Source: Lachnospira sp. (lineage in GTDB: Bacteria > Bacillota > Clostridia > Lachnospirales > Lachnospiraceae). Taken from it: a stretch of DNA of 64,000 bases. Below, piece by piece: positions 38,066-48,626 of this stretch (position 1 is the first letter of the stretch; each line of letters opens with the position of its first letter). The notes beneath the pieces are model-generated. The model ran no database searches, was not told the origin of the DNA, and saw only the letters and a program-made list of their open reading frames with translations. The position numbers and the translations under genes were made by a program. The DNA lies in the NCBI GenBank assembly GCA_017621205.1, contig JAGATQ010000051.1, forward strand, positions 1 through 64,000, in the 5' to 3' direction.

Positions 38066-39241
38066 TTGGACTGTGATATGATATATATCACAAGGAGGAT
38101 AAATAAAATGACCACTATCTATATACTAACCCACAAAGCATTTACGCCACCGCCAGATACTCTATATCAGCCGTTGCAGGTTGGTGCCTGCTTACATGAG
38201 GATTTAGGATATCTAAGAGATGACACAGGAGACAATATATCTGACCAGAACCCTTTTTTTAGTGAATTAACGGGGCATTACTGGATTTGGAAAAACGATA
38301 CGGAATCCGATATTATCGGCTGCTGCCATTACCGCCGTTTTCTTATAAAGGAGGATAATACTCTGTTTCAGGAGGCGGAGCTTAAAGCAATGCTTTCCCA
38401 TAATGATATCATTACAACGAAGCTGCTAACCCTTAGTCATAGCTACTATGAGGCATTTGATGACCGGCATAACAAAAAGGATCTGGATATTTTGGGGGAA
38501 GTGCTTTCAGAGCTTCAACCAGAATACAGTGAAACCTATAAACGCATCGTCCATAGTAACCGCACCTATTTTGGCAACATGTTCATTATGAAGCGGGAAC
38601 GCTTCCATCACTATATGGAATTTCTGTTTCCGGTTCTTTTTGAGGTACAAAAAAGGGTAGATATGTCAGGCTATGATGGGTATCAGAAACGCCTCTTTGG
38701 CTTTTTATCCGAGGTGCTGCTCTATGTGTACACCTGTGTCAATGACTTAAAGGTGAAGGAGGCGTATGTCGGAATGGTGGGAGAAAAAACAGAAACAAAG
38801 GAATTAAAGGAGAAGCTTTCTAATTATTTTGAAAAAAAGGATATTGCTGGAGCTAAGGCATGTTTTTTAAGCTATTATGAGAAACGTCCAGACATATTAA
38901 TGGAAGCATCGGACATTAACCATGAGTGCCGCCTGTTGATGCAGGCAATCTCCACCTTTGAGTGGGAGAATTCCACCTATGGCTATAGCCGTCTTGACGC
39001 CACTACCAATACAACAGAACTGATTACCTTTTTTGCCACACTGAATGAGCTGGTAACAGCCCACCGACATTGCGGCAGCCTTGAGGATTTAAAAAAGGAA
39101 CACCTTACCCTTAAAGAGCAGGCATTCCTAAAACAATACGCTGTTACAGAAACCGAGTTTATGATTGCTAACAGGATTCTACAACCGGAAACCCAATCGC
39201 CACCTCAAACCACTCCCCCTCCTTGGCAGCAAGGGAAATAG
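38066..39241 (+). CDS. DUF4422-family protein (glycosyltransferase-like, common in capsule loci). The likely start is the Met at about 38108 (MTTIYILTHK).
   Basis: IYILTHKAF...QPLQVGA...SELTGHYWIWKN...IGCCHYRRF is the DUF4422 signature. Confidence 0.6.
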   Translation: MDCDMIYITRRINKMTTIYILTHKAFTPPPDTLYQPLQVGACLHEDLGYLRDDTGDNISDQNPFFSELTGHYWIWKNDTESDIIGCCHYRRFLIKEDNTLFQEAELKAMLSHNDIITTKLLTLSHSYYEAFDDRHNKKDLDILGEVLSELQPEYSETYKRIVHSNRTYFGNMFIMKRERFHHYMEFLFPVLFEVQKRVDMSGYDGYQKRLFGFLSEVLLYVYTCVNDLKVKEAYVGMVGEKTETKELKEKLSNYFEKKDIAGAKACFLSYYEKRPDILMEASDINHECRLLMQAISTFEWENSTYGYSRLDATTNTTELITFFATLNELVTAHRHCGSLEDLKKEHLTLKEQAFLKQYAVTETEFMIANRILQPETQSPPQTTPPPWQQGK

Positions 39242-40205
39242 TAACGCCAATATCCTTCGCCATACACTCGGCAAGGTACAACCCCATACCGGTCGCCTTC
39301 TTTTTGTCCTCTCCGGTATCTCCGGTAAAACCTTGGTCAAGCAGGAATGGCAGCTCCTCCCTCTTGGCACCGATGCCATTATCCCAAATAAATAACCATA
39401 TTTTTCCATCCTCCTCTGACCGGCTGCTATAAAGACGGATTACCTTTTCCGGTTTTTTTTCATCCCGATATTTTAATGCATTGTTCAATGACTGTTCCAC
39501 AATAAAGCGAAGTCCCTTCTCATCTGTATAAACAGTGTCATCGGATAGCTCTAAGTCAAACCGGATTCCCTGTTCCAAAAAATAATACCGTTTTTCCTCT
39601 ACCATATCCTCACAAAGTGCTTGCAAAGAAATTGTAGAAAACACATAGTCCTTATGCACCGCTTTCAGCCTTGCATAATAAACAATCTGCTGTACACATT
39701 CCATCATCTGCTGATTCACATAGGAAAGCCGCGAATAAAGTTTCTCATCAATTCCCTGTCTGCGGTTTTCCAGCAAAAGTGTAAATAAGGACAACGGCAC
39801 CTTAATCTCATGTGCCCAGCCTTCAATATATTCCTCATACTCTCTTCGCTTCCCCTGTTCCTGCTGCATCTCCTCCCGCAGCCAGAAATATTGTGCAAAA
39901 ACCGGCTTTAGAAGCTGCTCCTTTGCAGGGGGCAATAATGATAGCTCTGTCTCCCATGTCTGTGACTTATCTTCCGTCACAGAAAGCAGTTCCTTTAACA
40001 GCTCCGCCTCCCTTCGGTTCTGGGAAACCTCTCTCACTATCAATATAGCAAGCAGAAACACCCCCACCATCAAAAGAATGGGCAAAAGATAGAAAAACTC
40101 TTCCCCTCTTAAAATCCACAGCATTCCACCCAGCAGCACCACCAACACCAGCACTACCAAAAGATACCATTTCCGTTCCCTGATTACCGCAAACAAATCC
40201 TTCAT
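39168..40205 (-). CDS. Sensor histidine kinase (BceS-like, intramembrane-sensing type).
   Basis: Two N-terminal transmembrane segments with a minimal loop. H-box WAHEIKVPLS. HATPase N / G1 / G2 blocks (NALKY, DNGIG, GMGLYL). Confidence 0.8.
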   Translation of the reverse strand: MKDLFAVIRERKWYLLVVLVLVVLLGGMLWILRGEEFFYLLPILLMVGVFLLAILIVREVSQNRREAELLKELLSVTEDKSQTWETELSLLPPAKEQLLKPVFAQYFWLREEMQQEQGKRREYEEYIEGWAHEIKVPLSLFTLLLENRRQGIDEKLYSRLSYVNQQMMECVQQIVYYARLKAVHKDYVFSTISLQALCEDMVEEKRYYFLEQGIRFDLELSDDTVYTDEKGLRFIVEQSLNNALKYRDEKKPEKVIRLYSSRSEEDGKIWLFIWDNGIGAKREELPFLLDQGFTGDTGEDKKKATGMGLYLAECMAKDIGVTISLAAKEGEWFEVAIGFPVVESC

Positions 40206-40867
40206 GTCCTAAAGCAATACCCCTTTCCCCTTACCGTTTCGATTCTATCACTCAACTGATACTCTGCCAATGCCTTTCTAAGCCTTGTCATGGTAACATG
40301 GAGTACATTTTCATCAATATATTCCTCCGTTCCCCAAAGCAATTGAAACAACTGCGTCTTCGTTACCAGTTCTCCCCTATGCTCCATTAATTCCCCTAAA
40401 ATACGCCCCTCATTTTTAGGAAGCACAAAAGAATCCTCCCCAACATATACAGTATACGACCGGACATCCAGCAAAAAACCCGCCCCATCCAGTAAATTCA
40501 AAGGCTGCTTTGTCTTTCTAAGCACATTCCGAATCCTCGCAAGCAAACGCTCACCGTGACAGGGTTTTGTCAGATATTCATCTGCCCCCAATTCCAATGC
40601 CGAAAGCTCATCCTTTAATCCATCCCTTGAGGTAAGAATAAGAACTGGAATCTGCGTAGACTGTTTCAGACTACGGCATATATGAAACCCATCCGTCATT
40701 GGCAGGCTTAAATCAAGCAATACCAAATCCGGATTCTCTTTTATCACCTCAGTGACAGCATTTGCAAAATCAAGTATCTCCCCTACCTGATAGCCTGCCT
40801 GCTCCAGCACATACCGAAGCTCCTCCCGCATAAAACGGTCATCCTCTATAATACTTATGCGTTCCAT
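40202..40867 (-). CDS. OmpR-family response regulator.
   Basis: Receiver domain (DDRFMRE...LLDLSLP). Winged-helix C-terminus (LTKTQLFQLLW...MTRLRKAL). Confidence 0.85.
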   Translation of the reverse strand: MERISIIEDDRFMREELRYVLEQAGYQVGEILDFANAVTEVIKENPDLVLLDLSLPMTDGFHICRSLKQSTQIPVLILTSRDGLKDELSALELGADEYLTKPCHGERLLARIRNVLRKTKQPLNLLDGAGFLLDVRSYTVYVGEDSFVLPKNEGRILGELMEHRGELVTKTQLFQLLWGTEEYIDENVLHVTMTRLRKALAEYQLSDRIETVRGKGYCFRT

Positions 40868-40905
40868 AGCAATACCCTCTTATTTTCTCTGTCCTGCCAG
40901 TTTTT

Positions 40906-43041
40906 TCATTCTATTCTTCTGATTTTAAGCATATCATGCATATTCTTTCTGGTAAGATGGCTTACCAAGTTCATATAGATTACCTCTATTACCCCATATA
41001 AAATAATAACAGCAAATGCGATAAAAAACAGCATCACAATTTTACCCCTTAAACTACCCGGAAGCATATTTCCAATCAATGTCATAATACCAAACACCCC
41101 ACTGATTAACGCCATAATAACCGGAATCCCGAAAAAGTACCTTATCTGCCGCCTAGTGGAAGCATGCAGCATGCCATAATCACTTCCAAGGCATAACAGC
41201 GTACGGTAACGCTTCACCATATTCCTCTGCTGCATCAGAAATTGCAGACTTACAACCGTATTCGCAATCAGGAAAAACAACACTGCCATATAAATGGTCA
41301 GATAACCAGCAGCAACGATATAAAATATCTGCCTGCCCATATTCTGCAAATAATTCTCATATTCCATACCGCTTGAAGCAAACAATTTATCCACCTCGGT
41401 AATTGCACCAAGAAGCCCCAATTTCTCAATGAATTCCTGCTTGATACAGGCATTATAATAAATGGACTCATTGCTGACATCCTTATAGCTGTCATAATCT
41501 GAATCAGGCAGAACCAAGCCAAAACCTATTGTAATACTCCTATCCACCACAATATCCTCACTGCATATTTCCATTCTTACCGTATATTCCTTACCGTTAA
41601 TTTTCAGTGTAGGATGTAATGCCAGAAGCCTCTGATATAATTGCTCCGTCTCCGTGCCGGAAAATTCCGAGTCCATATAAAATATGACTTCATTCTCCTT
41701 TAACTGATATGGTTTTTTACCACTGTTCTCACGCAGCTCATTAATACACCTTATCGGCATAACATGCGGGGAATACACCCCTCCCACATCATCCGGCAGA
41801 AGACAGCTTCCCGCACTGCTATAGCGAAACGCCTCATAGTCCTCTTCTCCCAAGGATTGAATCTTTTGTTCTACATCCGAGCAATCAAAATCAATCACTT
41901 TTTTATTTCCTGTATTCCCCTCACCGGCCGCCCTATAGGGGTCATCACTCAATACCATATAGGAAACAGATACCGGAATCCAACGGGAAATATATTCTGA
42001 AACATCCTCCCTCTTGGAAAATGTCTCAATCTGCTCCTTACTTTCATCGTCCCATATCTCCATTGTAAAATCAAGCGTATGGGAATTATTCTGCATCTCT
42101 GTTACAGACACGGCAACACCATAAGCCAGACAAACCGTCGCAACAAGCATTAACAGAGAAGACACGGTCAGAGAAGAAAGCCTAGACATCACATTCTCCT
42201 GAAGCTGTCTAAAGGTAAACACCGCCAGAACATCCTTGTTCGTTTTCCTGCCGGCTCTTCGGACCAAAAAGCTTAACAATCCCCGAAATACACTGTATGT
42301 TCCAAAGCTTCCAGAAACAAGCAGTAAGAGCAGCAAAAACAGATTCCGAAACAGATTACCGGATATACCAATCCAGTAAGCAACAAGCAGGCTAATCACG
42401 CCCACGATAAGCCATGCGCTTCCCGACCGGACGCTTCGTTTCTTCTGCTTCTTCTCCGTCTCCTCCTGCATTAAAGCTGCGGGCTCCCGCTGCATTAATC
42501 TCGCACTAAGCAAAAAATTTGCAAAAAATTTAATGACTAGAAAGCCAAGAGCCGTTAACAAAACTGCAGATAAGGAAAAGGAAAAACGATGTCCAATAAT
42601 CCCAAGCCCAATCAACCTTGCAGTAATTAATCCCACAAGCTCGGAAAGCATAACCGCCACCGGAAGCCCGATAAGCAAGGAGATTCCACTGGTAATGACA
42701 TCCTCCAGCATCAGCATGCTAAACAGACTGCCCCGTTTGCTTCCAAGCATCAACAGTAAACCAATCTCATGACTTCTCCTCTCCAACTGGTAACGCTGTG
42801 CAAAATAGATTAAAAAGAATAACAAAAATAACGATACAATATAAACTGCACGAATCAGCATAAACAGCTTGTTTAACGCATCGGATTCCATTTTTCTAAG
42901 AAATACAATTACATCCTGCTGATTTAGGGATAACAAAATATAAAAAGATATAATAGCAATCAGCAACGTGAAAAAATAGATTCCATTTTCTTTATAATTT
43001 TTTTTACTATTCCGGTATATCAGATTAAAATACATTGGCAC
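40906..43041 (-). CDS. ABC transporter permease, FtsX/BceB-like, with a large extracellular domain.
   Basis: 711 aa, about 10 transmembrane segments, two FtsX-like halves separated by a roughly 220-aa extracytoplasmic domain. Confidence 0.8.
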   Translation of the reverse strand: MPMYFNLIYRNSKKNYKENGIYFFTLLIAIISFYILLSLNQQDVIVFLRKMESDALNKLFMLIRAVYIVSLFLLFFLIYFAQRYQLERRSHEIGLLLMLGSKRGSLFSMLMLEDVITSGISLLIGLPVAVMLSELVGLITARLIGLGIIGHRFSFSLSAVLLTALGFLVIKFFANFLLSARLMQREPAALMQEETEKKQKKRSVRSGSAWLIVGVISLLVAYWIGISGNLFRNLFLLLLLLVSGSFGTYSVFRGLLSFLVRRAGRKTNKDVLAVFTFRQLQENVMSRLSSLTVSSLLMLVATVCLAYGVAVSVTEMQNNSHTLDFTMEIWDDESKEQIETFSKREDVSEYISRWIPVSVSYMVLSDDPYRAAGEGNTGNKKVIDFDCSDVEQKIQSLGEEDYEAFRYSSAGSCLLPDDVGGVYSPHVMPIRCINELRENSGKKPYQLKENEVIFYMDSEFSGTETEQLYQRLLALHPTLKINGKEYTVRMEICSEDIVVDRSITIGFGLVLPDSDYDSYKDVSNESIYYNACIKQEFIEKLGLLGAITEVDKLFASSGMEYENYLQNMGRQIFYIVAAGYLTIYMAVLFFLIANTVVSLQFLMQQRNMVKRYRTLLCLGSDYGMLHASTRRQIRYFFGIPVIMALISGVFGIMTLIGNMLPGSLRGKIVMLFFIAFAVIILYGVIEVIYMNLVSHLTRKNMHDMLKIRRIE

Positions 43042-43792
43042 TACCCCCTAACAATTGCGACTGCATAGACAGAATCCGTTTATAAAACTCCTGTCTGTCC
43101 TCCCCGTTCTTACGCAATTCATTTAGAATGCCTCCGTCCTGAATAAATAAAATTCTGGAACAGTAGCTTGCAGCATTGGCATCATGGGTCACCATCATAA
43201 TGGTAGTCCCCTGTTCCTCATTCAACTGCTTTAGCTTTTCCATAAGCTGCTTCGCATTTTTAGAATCCAGTGCTCCGGTAGGTTCATCTGCCAGAACAAT
43301 ATCCGGATGCAGTATCAGTGCCCTTGCTGCTGCAATCCGCTGCTTTTGTCCCCCGGACATCTGCTCAGGGAATTTGTCAAGCACTTCACCAATCTCTAAG
43401 TACTCTGCTAAACGGTCAACCTCCTTTGTCAAATCCTCCTTTACTCCATGGATAGATGCCGGAAGCAGGATATTCTCCCGCCCTGTCATATTGTCAAGCA
43501 ACTCAAATGTCTGAAACAGATAACCAATGCGGTCTCCCCGGTATCTTGCAAGCTCCCTGCCCTTCTGCTTACTAAGCTCCTTACCGGAAAGTAATACCTT
43601 TCCTCTGGTTGGTTTCATCATCGTTGCAACACAATTCAGCAAGGTCGTTTTTCCCGAACCACTGCTGCCCATAATCCCTAAAAACTCCTCCTCCAAAACA
43701 GAACAGGTCAGGTCATTTAAGGCATGGGTCTGATTTTCTCCCTTACCATAGATTTTGTATAGATGGTCAAGCTCCAATAATTTTTTCTGCAT
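43025..43792 (-). CDS. ABC transporter ATP-binding protein (BceA-like).
   Basis: Walker A GSSGSGKTT. Signature LSGGQKQR. Walker B ILHPDIVLADEPT. H-loop. Confidence 0.9.
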   Translation of the reverse strand: MQKKLLELDHLYKIYGKGENQTHALNDLTCSVLEEEFLGIMGSSGSGKTTLLNCVATMMKPTRGKVLLSGKELSKQKGRELARYRGDRIGYLFQTFELLDNMTGRENILLPASIHGVKEDLTKEVDRLAEYLEIGEVLDKFPEQMSGGQKQRIAAARALILHPDIVLADEPTGALDSKNAKQLMEKLKQLNEEQGTTIMMVTHDANAASYCSRILFIQDGGILNELRKNGEDRQEFYKRILSMQSQLLGGSANVF

Positions 43793-43882
43793 AATACCGC
43801 CTCCCTTATTTTTATGATTTGATTATAAGGCAAGACGCTTGAAAATAACACTTACAGATTTTGTAAGGTTTATTTACATTAC

Positions 43883-45238
43883 CTACATATTGATTACTCC
43901 AAATTGTGCTAAGGTGTAACATACCAGAATAACCACCAACAACACCGGACAGAGGTATTTAATCATGAGACGGTAAAGCCCACGCCGAAAGAAGGTTTCC
44001 CCGTTTCTTGTAATCTCCTCCTCAATGACCTCGGTTTTTGTTACCCAGCCAATCAAAATACAGGTTCCCAATGCGAGAAGCGGCATCAGTATACTGTTGG
44101 TGAAAAAGTCAAAAAAGGTTAAAAAATCCATACCAAGTACCGTAATATGAGACCATGCACCATTGCCGAGGGAGGAAGGAACCCCGAGCAGGATACTGAA
44201 TACGACCAGAATTACGGCTGCTCTTTTCCTGCTAAAGTGCCATTTATCCATAAACATGGATACCGATGCTTCCAAAATGGAAATAGAACTGGTAACCGCC
44301 GCTAACAATACAAGGACAAAGAACAATGCTCCGATAATCTGTCCCGCAGGCATCTGTTCAAATACTCTTGGCAGTGTCATAAACATCAAGCCGGGACCTC
44401 CGCTTTTCAATCCCTCCTCCCCGCTAAAGACATACACAGCAGGAATAATCATCAGTCCCGCCATCAGAGCGATTAATGTATCGAATATCTCTATCTGGTT
44501 TACCGCCTTGGTAAGATTAATCTCTCTTTTCACATAGGAACCATAAGATACCATGATTCCCATGGCAATACTCATAGAAAAAAAGAGCTGTCCAAGAGCC
44601 GCACATATCGTAACCAGACTGCACTTTTTAATATCCGGCAGGAGATAATACTTTACCCCCTCTACCGCCCCATCAAGGGTGACAACATAACAGCATATAA
44701 TAATCGTAATCACAAAAAGCACCGGCATCAGAATCTTACTCATCCGCTCAATTCCCTTCTGCACTCCCCCTAAAATAACCAGAAGGGTAAGAAATAAAAA
44801 TAACAGGAAAAACAGAAGCGGTGTCCATTCCTGACTAATATAACCGGTAAAATAATCTTCTCCTGCTGCCCGCACCCCTTTACCCGATACAAATAAAATA
44901 GTATACTTCATGACCCAGCCGCCTATTACACAATAATAAGGCAGAATCATTGCTGGAATCAGCAAGCCAAGATATCCAAGAGGAGCAAATTTTTTGTTTA
45001 ACTTTCCATAAGCAGTAATCGCACTCTGCTTCGTCTTTCTACCGATAGCAATCTCCGTCATCAGCAGGGCAAATCCAAAGGTTAATGCCATAATAATATA
45101 GATAAAAATAAAAATACCGCCGCCATGCTGGGCAGCCAGATAGGGAAATCTCCAAAGATTACCCAACCCGACAGCACTGCCTGCGGCAGCTAATACAAAT
45201 CCAATACTTCCGGTAAAATGACTTCTCTTCTCCTTCAT
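43883..45238 (-). CDS. Sodium-dependent transporter, neurotransmitter:sodium symporter (NSS/SNF) family.
   Basis: N-terminus GFVLAAAGSAVGLGNLWRFPY is the NSS hallmark. Twelve transmembrane segments. Confidence 0.85.
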   Translation of the reverse strand: MKEKRSHFTGSIGFVLAAAGSAVGLGNLWRFPYLAAQHGGGIFIFIYIIMALTFGFALLMTEIAIGRKTKQSAITAYGKLNKKFAPLGYLGLLIPAMILPYYCVIGGWVMKYTILFVSGKGVRAAGEDYFTGYISQEWTPLLFFLLFLFLTLLVILGGVQKGIERMSKILMPVLFVITIIICCYVVTLDGAVEGVKYYLLPDIKKCSLVTICAALGQLFFSMSIAMGIMVSYGSYVKREINLTKAVNQIEIFDTLIALMAGLMIIPAVYVFSGEEGLKSGGPGLMFMTLPRVFEQMPAGQIIGALFFVLVLLAAVTSSISILEASVSMFMDKWHFSRKRAAVILVVFSILLGVPSSLGNGAWSHITVLGMDFLTFFDFFTNSILMPLLALGTCILIGWVTKTEVIEEEITRNGETFFRRGLYRLMIKYLCPVLLVVILVCYTLAQFGVINM

Positions 45239-45250
45239 GATAAATCTCCT

Positions 45251-46225
45251 TTATTTTATCTGCTTCACAATATCCACTGCATTGACAAAACGCTCATACA
45301 ATGCCTTATCCTCCACGGAATTAACCTCAATCCGGTACTCTGCCGGCATAAAACCTCCAGCCATCGTAAAATGACCTCCTCCGTCTCCAATTCCTTTTAA
45401 GGCATTCATTGTCAAATCCCCAGCATGCACGCCCGGTTCTTCGCTTCGTACTGAGAATTTCAATCCCCCGTTGCGTTCCGCATAAATTACAGCAATCGTT
45501 ACCGCATCCAAACGTAAAATAAAATCAGAAACCATAGCAATTAAGGCATCCTGACAATCAAATGGAATCCGTGCCAATCCAATACAATCGTAAATCTGGA
45601 TATTCTCAATGGCAGCACCATAGGCACGCAGATCTTTTAGCTCAATCCCATTATTGTACATGCTCTGCACCAGTTCTCTGTCCGTGTAATCATAAAGGTA
45701 CTCTAACATCTGGATATCCAGCTTTGTCACTCCACGGTTCATGGAATCCGTATCCATTTTCAATCCATAAGACAGCACGGAAGCAATCTTTTTAGTCATT
45801 GGTGTATTGCTTTCCTTAATATACTGGGTAATCAGTGTCGAGCAGGAGCCGCAAAGCCTGACATCCTTATAAAGATATTCACAAGGCTTGACTGTCTTAT
45901 GATGGTCAATAACTGCCACCTCTTCTCCAGGAATATCTGTTAAATTGGCATTGTACTTCTGTCCATCCACCAGTATCACATAGTCGTCCTTACGCAAATC
46001 AAGCTCACAAATCGGACGCATGTCAATATCAAAATTGGTAATCATCTTGGCAACACTGATTTTATCAACATTGCCATTGTAGCATATATTGGCTGGAATT
46101 CCGTGATAGTCAAGAAAATATTGCAGACCGTATGCACTCGCAATGGCATCCGGGTCTGGAAAATTATGGGTCTGAATCCAGATACGGTGTCCTCTTAAAA
46201 TCGATAATAATTTTTGATAATCCAT
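45251..46225 (-). CDS. DHH-DHHA1 family phosphoesterase (NrnA-like nanoRNase / pAp phosphatase).
   Basis: DHH motifs: THNFPDPDAIASA, ILVDGQ, VIDHH, and a C-terminal GGGH (DHHA1). Confidence 0.8.
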   Translation of the reverse strand: MDYQKLLSILRGHRIWIQTHNFPDPDAIASAYGLQYFLDYHGIPANICYNGNVDKISVAKMITNFDIDMRPICELDLRKDDYVILVDGQKYNANLTDIPGEEVAVIDHHKTVKPCEYLYKDVRLCGSCSTLITQYIKESNTPMTKKIASVLSYGLKMDTDSMNRGVTKLDIQMLEYLYDYTDRELVQSMYNNGIELKDLRAYGAAIENIQIYDCIGLARIPFDCQDALIAMVSDFILRLDAVTIAVIYAERNGGLKFSVRSEEPGVHAGDLTMNALKGIGDGGGHFTMAGGFMPAEYRIEVNSVEDKALYERFVNAVDIVKQIK

Positions 46226-46370
46226 TGAAACCTCTCCCTTGTACTCCTTATGGTTCTTTTGCCAGCCCCACTTTCGGCAGCGGGGAATTATATATACACT
46301 TCTCTCGTGAACATCTTACCCAATATTGACAAAAATTACAAGTGAAAAGGGGAAAGTTTTAGAAACCTCG

Positions 46371-47684
46371 TCAAATCTCTTTTTTATAAAATTTCCCCAA
46401 AATCTCTTTTTGGGTCAATCCGCCAAACATCATAGCAAATTCATCAAATGTTGCATTTTCGTCCAATCCAAGACATGAAAACAATTCGCTTCTCATTTTT
46501 TTATTGATATCATTTAACAAATTTCCTTTATATTCGAATGAATTCTCCCCAATAAGTTCTGGATATATTCCTATAGATACTCCACCATGTGGAGAATGAT
46601 ACTCCTTCAGGTATTCTTGTAATTTCTTAGAAATTCTTTCATATGGCAGTATCGTTACTGCTGTTCCCCACTCAACATATAAGTTAAAGGACTTAGGATA
46701 TTCTACCATACCATCCGAAACAAACATATCATATGTATGAACAGTTGTATTAGGACTCAGACTCTTTATCCTGCAACAAATAAGGCTGAACTCAATATCA
46801 TCCTCCTTCAATTCTTTATGTCCTACAATTGTATGTGTACCCCAAATGATATCATTGTCACCACATATAGTTACTCTCCCCAACGGATATTGTGCCAATT
46901 CCTCAACCGACAAGTCCGGATTAGTAGTTCTCACATTATAAAACCTAACCATAATCGGAACCATCATAACTGATTGCAAACTGTGCTGTTGAGGTAATTC
47001 CTCCCATTTCTGAATTCTACGGATTTGTCCGGTAATCAAGCCATAACAATAATGAAACCGGTCAACTTCTACTCTGAAAATATCCCCTGTATTATACTTC
47101 ACAGTTATATGGTCGCTATATTTCAACCGTTCTATACGCTCGAAATAATCCTGCGGGCAGCTTTCTATATAATATTTCATAAAGTGGTGAAAATCTGCAT
47201 CATTCTGAATTTTATTTATCTTTTCATGCTCTCCTATTGCAATCCTCTGATTATTTCTCTGATTACATATAGACATACTTGTGGAAATATCCTTGTGCAT
47301 ATCCAGATGAAAATGAAATGTACATCCTAATGGGGTAATTGCCAAAATATTCGTTGCTGTTATTTTTTTCTTCTTTCCACGTTTCGTTAACGGTAATAAC
47401 CATTCTCTATTTTCAGTTAACAAATTCGTGTCATCTTCCTGAATACTTTGATATATAATCCGGTTATTAGGAGAAAGAATCTTTTTTTGTTCGACAATTA
47501 CTTTCTTTATTACATTTTCTTCCCAGAAAACAGTAGTTCTTTTGTGCCAAAGATTTGTTTTGCTATAATACTGTGTAATGTACCACTCTTCCATAATAGG
47601 CTCTAACCCAAGATACTGGCGTTCTTCATTTGTTATTTTGATATAATATTCTTTTCCAAACAATTCATCCCATTTTGTTGCCAT
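46371..47684 (-). CDS. Hypothetical protein.
   Basis: 437-aa ORF with coding-like composition and no recognisable motifs. Confidence 0.4.
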   Translation of the reverse strand: MATKWDELFGKEYYIKITNEERQYLGLEPIMEEWYITQYYSKTNLWHKRTTVFWEENVIKKVIVEQKKILSPNNRIIYQSIQEDDTNLLTENREWLLPLTKRGKKKKITATNILAITPLGCTFHFHLDMHKDISTSMSICNQRNNQRIAIGEHEKINKIQNDADFHHFMKYYIESCPQDYFERIERLKYSDHITVKYNTGDIFRVEVDRFHYCYGLITGQIRRIQKWEELPQQHSLQSVMMVPIMVRFYNVRTTNPDLSVEELAQYPLGRVTICGDNDIIWGTHTIVGHKELKEDDIEFSLICCRIKSLSPNTTVHTYDMFVSDGMVEYPKSFNLYVEWGTAVTILPYERISKKLQEYLKEYHSPHGGVSIGIYPELIGENSFEYKGNLLNDINKKMRSELFSCLGLDENATFDEFAMMFGGLTQKEILGKFYKKEI

Positions 47685-48125
47685 ATCTTTACTCCTTTAT
47701 GTTATTCTTCTGGCTGTTAATATTATCTAAAACTCGATTAAATAAAAGGTAAAATATCATTCAAATCTCTCTTGAACAAGTATTCATAATATCTACACAG
47801 CTAGGAAAAACAAGCGAAAATAAACAATGCCTAACCTGTCAGCAAACAGGCTAGGCGTATCCGTCAGGACATAAAACTTCATGTTTGGGAGCATCCACTT
47901 TTGGAGTTGGACACTATCCGTTCGGAAGGCATCTGTTCTAGCAGATGTCTCTCTTTACGTTGAATATAACATAAGCATAGTAGAAATTCAAGTATGGATT
48001 TAGGATAAGACATTTTCATAATCCCCAGATAAATCACCACATCCTATATTTTTAAACGTTTAAATAAAGCAGAAGAATTTAGGGAGGTGTGGATAAACCC
48101 GCGCAAACTCAAGAAAATTTTACTG

Positions 48126-48180
48126 TTGACAACACTGTCTATAGATGATAGACTATAATTGTCTACAAGCAATAGACACA
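48126..48180 (+). promoter_or_regulatory. Promoter plus tandem dyad operators upstream of the blaI-like gene.
   Basis: TTGACA -35 and a TATAAT hexamer. Two dyads: TGTCTATAGATGATAGAC and TGTCTA-n7-TAGACA. BlaI/MecI/CopY-family repressors bind such TG(T)-rich dyads overlapping their own promoters. Confidence 0.4.
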
Positions 48181-48245
48181 TAGGTGTATTTTGTTTTGCA
48201 GATAAAAAAGGAGATATTACAATCGAGGAGCAAGAGCATTGACAT

Positions 48246-48626
48246 ATGGCAGACAGAGGAGGTTGCATTATGGAGGATTACATGTTAGGCGCAGTGGAGA
48301 GCAAATTTGCTTCCATTATATGGGAACACGCACCTGTTACAACAAAAGAACTGACAAGGCTGTGTGAACAGGAATTGGGTTGGAAGAGAACTACTACATA
48401 TACAGTGTTAAAGAAGTTGAGTGAGCGCGGACTTTTTGAAAATCAAGGAGGAACAGTGGTAGTAAAGCTTTCCAGAGAGGAGTTTTATGCCAGACAGAGC
48501 CAGAGCTATGTAGAACGTTCCTTTTTGGGTTCGCTTCCCAGCTTTCTGACGGCATTTACCTCCGGCAGAAAGCTAAGCGATAAAGAAATCGCAGAGATTA
48601 AACAAATTATTGAGAATTCAAAATGA
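48246..48626 (+). CDS. BlaI/MecI/CopY-family transcriptional repressor. The likely start is 48270 (MEDYMLG...).
   Basis: Winged-helix N-terminus ...IWEHAPVTTKELTRLCEQELGWKRTTTYTVLKKLSERGL... and C-terminal dimerisation helix. Size 118-126 aa. Confidence 0.8.
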   Translation: MADRGGCIMEDYMLGAVESKFASIIWEHAPVTTKELTRLCEQELGWKRTTTYTVLKKLSERGLFENQGGTVVVKLSREEFYARQSQSYVERSFLGSLPSFLTAFTSGRKLSDKEIAEIKQIIENSK

